Below, in pieces: positions 1-12,142 of a stretch of 64,000 bases of DNA. Both the position numbers and the translations under genes were made by a program. Location: the NCBI RefSeq assembly GCF_009914755.1, contig NC_060941.1; one strand, given 5' to 3'. This stretch comes from the human T2T-CHM13v2.0 reference genome, Homo sapiens. How positions within the stretch are numbered: position 1 is the first letter of the stretch; each line of letters opens with the position of its first letter. The notes under the pieces were generated by a model. The model worked only from the letters and a program-made list of their open reading frames with translations. It had not been told where the DNA came from and made no database searches.

Positions 1-36
1 AATCCCTCAACGCAAATAATAAAAAACACTTTTTTG

Positions 37-1379
37 ATATATGAAAAAATGCTCAACATCATTAATGATCAGGGAAATGCAAATCAAAACCACAGTGCAA
101 TACCACCCTACTCCTGCAGGAATGGCCATAATAAAAAAATCAAAACATAATAGATGCTAGTGTGGATGTAGTGAACAGGGAACATTTCTACACTACTGGT
201 GGGAATGTAAACTAGTACAACCACGATGGAAAACAGTGTGGAGATTCCTTAAAGAACTAAAAGTAGATCTACCACTGGACCCAGCAATTCCACTCCTGGG
301 TATCTACCCAGAGGAAAAGAAGTCACTATCCGAAAAAGATACTTGCACATGCATGTTTATAGCAGCACAATTCACAACTGTAAAAACGTGGAAACAACCC
401 AAATGTCCATCAGTCAATGAGTGGATGAAGAAACTTTATATATATATATTTTTTTTTCATATATATATTCACATATATATTCATATATATGAATATATAT
501 GAATATATATGTGAATATATATGTGACTATATATGTGAATATATATGAATATATATGAATATATATATGAATATATATATGAATATACATGAATATATAT
601 ATGAATATATATGAATATACATGAATATATATATGAATATATATGAATATATATGAATATATATATGAATATATATGAATATATATGAATATATATATGA
701 ATATATATGAATATATGTATGTATATATATGAATATATATGAATATATGTATGTATATATATGAATATATATGAATATATGTATGTATATACGCATATAC
801 GTATATACATAATGTATATACGCATATACGTATATGCATATATGTATATACGCATATACGTATATGCATATACGTATATACGTATATGCATATATGTATA
901 TATGCATATACGTATATGCATATATGTATATATGTGTATATATGTATATATGTATATATTCATACATATATGTATGAATATATGTATGAATATATACGTA
1001 TATATATATATGAATGATGGAATACTACTCAGCCATAAAAAGGAATGAATTAATGGCATTTGCAGCAACTGGATGGGATTGGAGACTACTATTCAAAGTG
1101 AAGTAACTCAGGAATGGAAAACCAAACATCATATGTTCTCACTCATAAGTGGGAGCTAAGCTATGAGGATACAAAGGCATAAGAATGACACAATGGACTT
1201 TGGGGACGCGGGGAAAAGGGTAGGAAGGGAGTGAGGGATAAAAGACTACAAACTGGGTGCAGTGTATACTGCTCAGGTGATGATGCAAAAAAACTCACAA
1301 ATCACCACTGAAGAACTCACTCATGTAACCAAACACCACTTGTTCCCCAATAACCCATGGACATAAAAATTACAAAAAT
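37..1379 (+). mobile_element. 5'-truncated L1 (L1PB1-like): ORF2 C-terminus plus 3'UTR
   Basis: ORF 236-502 ([26 protein letters not shown]...) is an L1 ORF2 C-terminal remnant; L1PB-type 3'UTR (ggcataagaatgacacaatggactttgggg); probable TSD aaaacacttYtttg at 23-36 and 1380-1393. Confidence 0.9.
437..1015. repeat. Compound AT-rich micro/minisatellite inside L1
   Basis: GAA(TA)nT units of 8-12 bp changing to GCATATACGTATAT-type units. Confidence 0.95.
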
Positions 1380-1439
1380 AAAACACTTCTTTGTCATACT
1401 TCACAAAGCTCCTTCATAGCCATGAGCCCATTTGGTCCT

Positions 1440-1580
1440 TTTAACAACTTCTTCTAGGTTAGTATGACTTCATCTTATGAACAAAGGACTAGGGCTCAGA
1501 GAGGTTCAATGACTTGGGCCAGGTCACACAGCTCGCTAGTGACAGTTTTTCTTACTCCAAGTCTAGAATTATTCCTACTT
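1440..1580 (-). mobile_element. MIR fragment
   Basis: ggctcagagaggttcaatgacttgggccaggtcacacagct MIR core. Confidence 0.75.
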
Positions 1581-2176
1581 AACGATACCTACCCAGGTTG
1601 CTTGGGATCAGGAGACCAGGAAAGGAAAGGAGGAAAAAAAAATATAAAAGAGAAAAATGCAATATCCATGGTTAAAATAAAAGATGCAAAGGTCAAATGG
1701 AATTTTTGAAAGTACTTCTCAGACAACACTGAGAAACAGCCAAGCATGTATCCTGCTAGGTCTTATTTTTCTTTTCAACAACAAGATATTTTTTCCCCCT
1801 CTGCATCCCAAAATTATGTTGTCTCTCTTCCCTTCAGGCCCCAAATGCCTTTTAATCTTTGCAACAACTCTACAAGGAGGAGAGGGTTGGGGCGGAAGAC
1901 TGTCAGGCATGATGGACTCCAGATTGCCCATAACTTCATCAGAGACCCTCTGCACAAACTCCCCAGCGGCCAAGTAACCCAGATGGCTCCTCTGGGACTG
2001 TTCTCTGAGTGAGACAAGGCAAAGTCAAGATTGTGCTGTGGTCTTCAGGCTCCAGACCCCCAGGTGCTCAGAAAGAAGGGTCTCTGTGGACTGGGTCTGT
2101 GTGTTGCTTCACGTGGATCCAGGACACACACCCCCACTGCCAGACAGACACCTGTGGCCATTTGACTGAGTTTGCT

Positions 2177-2358
2177 GGAAGTGAAATGAGGATTTCTGAA
2201 GAGTATAGCCTGGTGTGAGCTGTGAGAATCTCACAGTACCGGGGAGAGCCTGTATGAAGATAGAATTGAGACCAGGTGACCTGGCAAAAGGGCTCCACCC
2301 ACCCTGAGTAAACTTCAAGGCCAACCCACATCTCAGACCTGGTAGACCAGTAGGCTGG

Positions 2359-2393
<35 letters not shown>

Positions 2394-2490
2394 TTTTTTC
2401 CTATTTCTCCATGGGAACTTCCATGCAAATGTGCTGACTGCCTCTGACCCTACTAAAAACAATGGGAAATTCCAAGTTTTCACTTTTGCC
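2177..2490. promoter_or_regulatory. Candidate immune/B-cell-type enhancer (EICE, 2x NF-kB, octamer, IRF-like)
   Basis: GGAAGTGAAA 2177-2186; GGGAACTTCC 2413-2422; ATGCAAAT 2423-2430; GGGAAATTCC 2464-2473; AAAAGTGAAAAC on minus strand at ~2476-2487. Confidence 0.5.
2359..2399. repeat. (CT)n followed by poly-T
   Basis: Direct sequence. Confidence 0.95.
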
Positions 2491-2939
2491 TCTTGAAGTT
2501 GCAAGGCAACTTACCTTGCAACATCGGGAAAGGCTGGTTCATTATACTAGCCTTAGAGATATAAGTACTAGGTCCTAAACTGGACCCTAACCCGAGCTTT
2601 GCTCACATAGAGGGGAAGGCCTTGGAGAGAATGAAATGAGACCCTTACGGGGGAAGCGCACCCCCTCCCTTAAAAGACTCGAGTTCAGACATTTAGTTTG
2701 GGAGCTCTCAGCTCCCGTTCTCTCCCTCCTGGGTTGCTCAACCCTCCCTCAGGTACCCAGCCTGGATCCAGGTCTGCCCACAAGGCCCTGGAAGGTGTTA
2801 GCTGATAATCAAGGCAGTCATTTAACCATCTATCTGCCTAAGTGTATACAACTCCTCCCAGGGACCTCTGCAGGCTAAGAGAAGGTTCTTTTTGAGAAAA
2901 AAAAAAATGTTGCAAATTCAAAGGAAAAATGCTCTGATG

Positions 2940-3153
2940 CAGGGTTTCCCCATCTTGGTACAACTGACACTCTAGAGTGGACCATTCTTTGTTGAGGGGG
3001 CTGGCCCTGTAGGATGGTTGGCAGCGTCCTTGGCCTCTACCCACTAGATTCCCAGAGCACCCCTCTCCCCACAAAGCTGTCACAACTAAAAATGTTTCCA
3101 GACATTGCCAAACGTCCTCTGCAGGGCAAAATTGCCCCTGGTTGAGACCACTG
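2940..3153 (+). mobile_element. MER20 (hAT-Charlie MITE)
   Basis: ...cacaactaaaaatgtttccagacattgccaaacgtcc...ggcaaaattgcccctggttgagaccactg terminus. Confidence 0.85.
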
Positions 3154-4099
3154 ATCTAATGGCAGAAGTTGGTACAGAGCTGAGAGCGGGAGGACCCATT
3201 TCTGAAGCCCCATCAGATAACCACCTGGGCAGCTGCCCGGCCAGGTTTGCCCGCAAGACTCTGATCACAGAGCATTCTGGAGACCTCGAGGTGAGGCAGC
3301 AGAGGGAACAAAATGGCCCTTCTACCTCGGAAGCAAAGGCCAAGGCAAAGTCAGGTTTCCAGAGCTCTCAATCCTTGGCAGGGGCAGGGGAAGGAGACGT
3401 CGAAGGCAAAGCCGGACTCAAACGTTTCAGAGAAACCAAGGGCCACTTCCAAAGTCCTTGCCTTTGAATGGAGATGGCTTGTCTCACTGCTGTTTTCTTT
3501 TCTAGTCCTTCTTTATTCACCGTGGTTAACTCCTCCTCTCCCAAGGTGTCCGTTTGTCCCTCCTAAGGAAAAGCCTCCTAGTGTTTGTCAGTCTAAGAGG
3601 AAAGAGAAACCTGAAAAGGCCTGGGCTGCTTTTAATTTACCTGGGCAGGTGTCTGTGCAGCCTCTGAAACTATCCTGAAGTTGGAGTCCAGCTGGGACCC
3701 TGATTAAGATGCAGAGAAAACCAGAGAGGAGAGGAGAGGAGTGAGGTGGGGGACGGGGGCGGGCTGATTAATTGAGAAAAACACAACCATGCCGTGTTTG
3801 AATAAGATTGCCCGGTGGAATGCAGAGCCCTTTTTTGTGTGCTCATTCGTTTGAAACAAAAGCGAATAGAGGGAACTACAAAGGGGTCAGGGGGAGGGGA
3901 GAGCGGCAGCCAATGGATTCCTGCGAACAGACCTCGTGTGGGGGGACGGAGGCGCTACCTTGGCAGGCACTTGTCAGGGCAGTCACGGGCATTTGCAGAT
4001 GAAATCTTTTCCACACAAGTCCTTAACTTCATTTTTCATTCCTATTCTACCATGAGGAGTTCATCTCCAAAATTTAATCATTTAAACTTCCTCTCTAGA

Positions 4100-4421
4100 C
4101 CAGCACGGTCCAGGACAGAAGCCTCTGGGCAATGAGCCTTAGAAACATGGCAAGTCTAAAACTGAGATGTGCTGTTGAGTGTGAAATACATGCCTGATTT
4201 TCTAGATAACGTATATTTTCTCGATAATGCATATCATCTCCCTAATACTTTGTTTTATATCGATTGCATGTTGCAGTAAGATTGGGGATATACTGGGGTA
4301 GAGATCAAATATATAACTGAAATTGACTTCATCTGTTTCCTTTGTCCTCCTTTCGGTGTGGCTACCAGAATGTCTGAAATCACCCGCGTGGCTTGCGTTT
4401 TATTTCTCTTGGACAGCACTG
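4100..4421 (-). mobile_element. MER33
   Basis: Termini cagcacggtcca...ttggacagcactg; internal aactgagatgtgctg...gtggctaccagaa. Confidence 0.75.
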
Positions 4422-5026
4422 CTGTAGGTGGATGATTCTGGGTAGCTGGTCTCTCTCTTCCACCCTCCCTCCTGCCCTGGATTGCAGACCCTCCTCAGAT
4501 TGTCTGGATCCTTTCCATGAGTATATCAATCTTCATTCATTTGCCAAAGACAATTTGCGTGCAGAATTTTTTCTGCACACAAAGCACTACGTTGACATCT
4601 ATAGGAGACCCCCAAATGAAAATAAGACTTTTGGATAGGAGGCCAAGGCTCCGAAGAACCTGACAAGGCCCCTTAAGAAGCAAGGCTGAGAGAGCCAGCC
4701 CCAGGGCTCCCACCGACAGAGAAACAGCGAAGCCTTCTCCCAGGCCTCGGCTGCCATATTGGACTGATTCCAACTGAGCAGCCGGGGAAGGTTAGTTTTC
4801 ATTTCACCTTCCACAGAGAAGTGGCTTTTCTGGTTCTGCTTATCTTCCGGGTGACGCTAACCCTGCCACCTGTTGTCCTTCTATAGATCACAGCTTTTTT
4901 TTTTTTTTTCCCCCCTTCTGACACAAGGATTGTATGGTTTTGAGAGAAGACCCTGTGTTTGAGGAGATGGGGTGTCAGGTCCTGGCCACCGACCCAGCAC
5001 CTTCACTGGCCTTCAGCTTTGGTTTA

Positions 5027-5700
<674 letters not shown>

Positions 5701-5796
5701 GGAGGACATTCATCATCCCAGCCCACTGCATGGACTTTGAAGAGTATTTTCATCCAAAATGTCCAAGTTAAATATCAGTGGTCGGTATGATCTAGA

Positions 5797-5998
5797 AGAG
5801 GGGTTCTCAATGGAGAAATATTGACCCCCTCTCCAACGGGCGTTTGGCAGCATCTGGAGACATTTTTAGTTGTCACAATGGGGAAGGTGTACGCTACTGG
5901 CATCCACTGAATAGAGACCAGGGGTGCTGCTACACATCCCCCCCACCAAAGAGAATTGTCTAGCTCAAAATGCCCATAGTGCCGAGGCTGAGAAACTC
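5797..5998 (-). mobile_element. MER20
   Basis: ggttctcaa...tctggagacatttttagttgtcacaa...gaggctgagaaactc. Confidence 0.85.
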
Positions 5999-6388
5999 CA
6001 ATCTACAATATGGAGGAGACCAGTATCCTCCAACCCCCACCACCACCAAGCCAGAGCTTGCTCTAATCTCTGGCATCAGGAGTATCCATCCTCCTTCAAC
6101 ACTACCTTCCAACGCACCTGGGAGTGAATCCAGGAAAACCTGAAGGATCAGGACAAGAAGAACAACTGGGAGAAGAAAAACAGCACAAACATGATTAAAT
6201 CAATTAGTCCCGCTAATTACCAAGTGTCTAACTTAGCACCTGGAGCAACAGCTGGGGTTGCACAGAATTGAGCAAACATCATCCCCAACTTGGGCAGGCT
6301 CTGGGCATACTGACTTGCTCCTCCCTGCCTTCTTCTGGCAAAAGACTTTGAGTGAGAAAAGACTAAGCAATAAAGTCCTAGAGCAGAG

Positions 6389-6407
6389 TGACCGCCCTCT
6401 GGAGGCA
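6389..6407 (-). promoter_or_regulatory. CTCF-like motif
   Basis: Minus strand TGCCTCCAGAGGGCGGTC matches CTCF core CCWSYAGRKGGCR. Confidence 0.45.
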
Positions 6408-7059
6408 GGTTCAATGCCACAGCCACATCAGGTGCACCTGCCCACCCCACTGAGGACATTCCCCGAAGAGACAATTGCACAAGGCAGTAACACCTCCTCT
6501 TGAGCTGAGGTCCTGGCTTCCCAAGCTGCTGACGTCTGCAAACAACCTCCATCAAAAAGTCCAGGGAGATCTCCCACCTCCATCAGTATTGCTCACCCTA
6601 CGCTTATGAAATATGCAAAGAGAATGAGATTGCCTCTTCTCCCCACTCTGCTTGAACTCATTCTACTCTGTTCCTCTGGGTCTGTGTTTTCTCAATTTCT
6701 CAATTATAAAAGACCTGTCATTTGTTCTACGAGGTGCTCCCACAAAGACCCACAGCCCTGCATCTTGATGCTATGATTTCCCTCCTTGGAAGTGGCTGCC
6801 ACTGCAAAGTCTTACCAGAAGCCCGCTGAGCTGGTAGCCTCCCCCAGCCACTCAGTGGCTCCACACTACCACAATGCAGTAACCAGACCCTGTTGCACCA
6901 TGCATCTCACAGCTGCTTCCTCCTTGTCACCACTGAAATGCAGCTGTCCACAACCACGTGGCTGCAGGTAAGGTCCTCCAGGATTCCACTCAGGGACCAC
7001 ATTTAATTTTGATTTAATACCTGCTGTTGAAGTTATTCTCCCAGGTTCCATATTTTACC

Positions 7060-7416
7060 TGGTTAACTGGTGGCTCCCAAAAGATATGTCCACATCCTAA
7101 TCCCAAGAAGCTTTGACTATCTCCTTATGGGAAAAAGGGTCTTTGCAAATGAAATTAAGGATCTCAAGATGAGATCATCCTGGATTACCTAGGAGGCCCT
7201 AAATCCAATAACAGGTGTCCTTTATAAAAGAGAGAGCAGAAGACAGACACACAGAGGAAAAGGCCATGGGAAGACTGATGTGATGCCACCACAAGCTAAG
7301 GAATGCCTGGGGCCTCCAGATGCTGGAAGAGGTAATGGAGGATTCTTCCTTGGAGCCTTTGGAGGGAGCACAGCCCTGCTGACAAGCTGATTTTGGACTT
7401 CTAGCCTCCAAATTCT
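7060..7416 (+). mobile_element. MLT1 (B/C-like) MaLR LTR
   Basis: ccaaaagatatgtccacatcctaatccc...gagatcatcctggattacc...ggacttctagcctcca. Confidence 0.85.
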
Positions 7417-7559
7417 ATATTTGTGTACTTGGATATTATCTATCTCTCCCATTTGAATATATGCTCCTTAAGGGCAGGGGCATGTTTGCTTATTTACTGC
7501 TAAAACTCCAGCAAGGAGAATGCCTAGCATATAGTTAGCTATTAAAAATATCTGGTTGG

Positions 7560-7912
<353 letters not shown>

Positions 7913-9034
7913 CTAGAACATGCTACTATATCCTAATTCTGGAGCATTTCTGCAAATAAAAAAACTCCCTGCATCTTCCCTTTGGGTTACCAAGGATTTT
8001 TACACATATCACACTGACCCCCCTGAGAAATCTACCCTGATTTGTCTTTTGGGGAAAAAAAAAATGGGAATTTTCTCTGAAGGGAAATTCCTGTGCTCCT
8101 GGTGGATAAATAAAGCACATTGCCTGAAATGCCCCTAAATTTTTAATAAGTGTTTTAACATCATTTATTACATCTCCCATTGCTAGCACTTTCTTAAAGA
8201 AACACAAATTAAGAGGCACAGTAGGTGAACACTTGGGGAAGGGGATGGTTCCTCAACAGGCAGAGGTCATGCTGAGGAGCAAACTGATGCTCCCCAGTGT
8301 TGGCCAAGTGGATGATCAACACTGAGATTTGCAACATCCCTGCACCTGGGGATATTCATAACGTTGACATCACAAACAAGACCTCTTCTTTAGGGACTCC
8401 AGACCAAAGAAACCTCCGTGTAAAGGAATGACATTCCTTGGTCGATGGGTAGCTCAGCCCAGATAAGCTCAACAGGACCCCCAATAACTGGCCATAGAGC
8501 ATGCTCTGGTCTTTCCAGAAGGTACAAATGGGGCCCTCCCTCTTCACCCTTTCCTAAGATTTAGATGTGCTAGTAACATCATGGTACTTTTTGAGGTTGG
8601 GATAATAAGTAAACAGAAGTCTTTTAAGATTTTGATGCAGGGAACATTAACAGGAGACAGAATTTGGAGTAGCAGGAGAATTTGAAAATGTTAAAGAAAC
8701 TTTGTCCTTCCAAAGAAAGCCAAAAATATTATTTGCACTTCAGTCTGCATTTGTCTGGAATGCTTACAAAACTAATTAATATGGTGGCTTCTTTTTTTTG
8801 AGCTTCCAGTTAAAAATTGCCGACTCACCATTTTGTTTTCCTGGCCCGGGGACAATGTCTGAAAAAAAGCTCTTCCCTCCAGAGATAGAGAAAAGAACAA
8901 AATGAGCCCCTCTCTGCTAGGGAAGGGGAAGGGATACCTCTAAGTAGAGCACATTTTAACATCTGCTTTAGGCTGAAATGGTACCACACACACCAAAATC
9001 CACCATCTCTCATCACATTTCCCATGGAGAACTC

Positions 9035-9225
9035 AGCCAATAAAGGAAGTGACATCTCAGGTGTTGGTCCGACAGCCATCCCAATTATAAAAGCTATCTC
9101 CATTATAAAAGACCTGTTATTTGTTCTGCGAGGTGCCTTTTGCCCCAGCTGTACACAAAGGGCAGCAATGGCATAAAATGATGACGCTGGAGTAGTGACA
9201 GCCGGAATGTCGCCATGACAGTCAG
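9035..9225. promoter_or_regulatory. Candidate HOX/CDX-MEIS enhancer
   Basis: CCAATAAA, 2x ATTATAAAA, GCATAAAA and TGACA/TGACAG motifs in non-repeat sequence. Confidence 0.35.
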
Positions 9226-9580
9226 AAAAGGTTGAGATGACCAACTAGCATCCCTCCCTGGGCAGGCAGATGAAAAAGAAAAAACTCAGTAAAAACAAAG
9301 GTTGGATCATGTGTTTCTTAACTCTTTACCAGTTCCAAAAAGAGCTAGGGTGCCTCCCTTGCTAATAACAAGAGGAAGAGCAGTAAAAACAGTCATGAAA
9401 CACTTCCATGAGAGGGGCATCCGCCCTGGACACTCCACAGGCATCCTTTTACCTTCCCACTCACCAGCGCCAGCCTCAGGAGGGGGCATCATGGTCCCGG
9501 TGCTAGAGATGAGGACTTTGAGGCTCAGATGAATGGAACAGCCATTTGCAATGAAATTATTGTTTGGTACTGCTGGGTGC

Positions 9581-10374
<794 letters not shown>

Positions 10375-10794
10375 GGTGTCAACTTGGACAACCCAAGATT
10401 CTTCAAATATTTATCCTCCCCAGTTATCCTGAAGCTGAAGGCATTCATTCGCAAACACTTTTACCTCACAACCTCTTCTGAGGATCCCACTCATTACCCA
10501 GCTTTTCCCTATACCTCTCAGCATTGCCAGATCCCATCCCCAGCAACGCCTATCCCCTGGGAAAGAATTAATGCAGCCAAAGTTTTGGAACCCACGGTTC
10601 TCCAAATCCCACACTTTGGCATGAAAAATGGTCAATGTTTCTAAGCACCCTAGGGGTATTTCTCTTGCTATCATGATGATACAACCAGAACGTAGGCAGG
10701 ACCACCAGTCACACCCATCCAGGAGCCCACCTTGGTGACCCACAATTTAGCACCCCTATTTTCATTCCTGGTCAGTTTGTCCAAATACGAAGCC

Positions 10795-11014
10795 AGGATC
10801 AGCAAAGTTCTTCAGTGAAAACCCAGAGAGTAAATGTGTTTGGTCTGGTCAGCCACACGATCTCAGTCGAAACTACTCAACTTTGCTGCCGTAACTCAAA
10901 AGTAGCCACAGAGAGTATGCAAATGAATGTAAGTGGCTGTGTTCTAATAAAAGTTTATTTACAAAAGGTGGCAGGCTGGATTTGGTTCATGAGTTGTAGT
11001 TTGCCAACCCCTGT
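10795..11014 (+). mobile_element. MER58A
   Basis: caggatcagcaaa...aactactcaactttgc...gtgttctaataaaagtttatttacaaaa...gtagtttgccaacccctg. Confidence 0.85.
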
Positions 11015-11164
11015 ATTAGACTGTAAGCACTCTGAGGTGAGGGACTCCGTCCTTCAGTTCTCTGAGTCTTTTTCAGACTTTGTCCAGAGTCCTGCTTAGA
11101 CAAGGGACTTTGCGAATGTCTGCTGCCTGCAAGGAAGTTCCCTGGGGATCCACATGGGAAGAGA

Positions 11165-11340
11165 GAGTAGTGGGAAGGACAGAGGCTTTAGAATCACATA
11201 CACCTGGATCCAAATCCCAGCTCTGCCACACAGCAGCCATACATTGTGGTTTCATTGTCCTGAACTTGAGTTGTAAAATGAGAAGAGCACTACCTACCCC
11301 ATAGAATTGTGAGATTCAAATTAGATTAAATGTTGATAAC
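11165..11340 (+). mobile_element. MIR
   Basis: ggctttagaatcacatacacctggatccaaatcccagctctgcca...tgtaaaatg. Confidence 0.75.
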
Positions 11341-11487
11341 TTAAAAATAAAACATACAAGGAGTGCTGAGAAAGTAGGCACAAGGTTAACATATGGCTGG
11401 GGAAATTTTGGATAACCGTTTTGAAGTCTGTCCATCTATCTATTTGGGGTGTCATCTATCTGTATCAAGGACTATTGAAATATACAT

Positions 11488-11770
11488 GGCCAGGCGCAGT
11501 GGCTCACGCCTGTAATCCCAGCACTTTGGGAGGCAGAGGCGGGCAGATCATGAGGTCAGGAGATCGAGACAATCCTGGCTAACACAGTGAAACCCTGTCT
11601 CTACTAAAAATACAAAAAATTAGCCGGGCGTGGTGGCGGGCGCCTGTAGTCCCAGCTACTCAGGAGGGTGAGGCAGGAGAATGGTGTGAACCTGGGAGAC
11701 GGAGCTTGCAGTGAGCAGAGAGTGCACCACTGCACTTCAGCCTGGGCAACAGAGCAAGACTCCATCTCGA
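11488..11770 (+). mobile_element. AluY
   Basis: ggagatcgagac, ctggctaacac, gagaatggtgtgaacc, ggagcttgcagtgag diagnostics. Confidence 0.9.
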
Positions 11771-11813
11771 AAAGAAAGAAAGAAGGAAGGAAGGGAAGAA
11801 AGGAAAGAAAGGA

Positions 11814-11884
<71 letters not shown>

Positions 11885-11886
11885 GA

Positions 11887-11922
<36 letters not shown>

Positions 11923-11942
11923 AGGAGAAAGAAAGAAAGAAA
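11771..11942 (+). repeat. (GAAA)n compound tetranucleotide STR, Alu-tail derived
   Basis: About 170 bp of pure purine. Confidence 0.95.
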
Positions 11943-12142
11943 CATATTTCTCCTTATAAAAATTTATCTCAACAAAATAATCACGGATATACGCACAGGT
12001 TTTGTTACAAGGATGGCCATTGCAGCAACGTTTTTAATTTTTGCTACTTTCAACAATCTAAATGTCCAACCACAGGGGATTATTTAAATTAATTAAAGTA
12101 CACCATGCGATAGAATACCAGGCAATTGAAAATGCTGTAGGA

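Noticed and set aside
236-502. ORF with real protein similarity
   Set aside because: Dead L1 ORF2 C-terminal remnant; the same applies to 31949-32251
414-1068. Several 95-195 aa ORFs rich in I/Y/H/M
   Set aside because: Translations of the AT-rich tandem repeat, which lacks stop codons by composition
11604-12087. KERK-repeat and FLSF-repeat ORFs
   Set aside because: Translations of the (GAAA)n Alu tail
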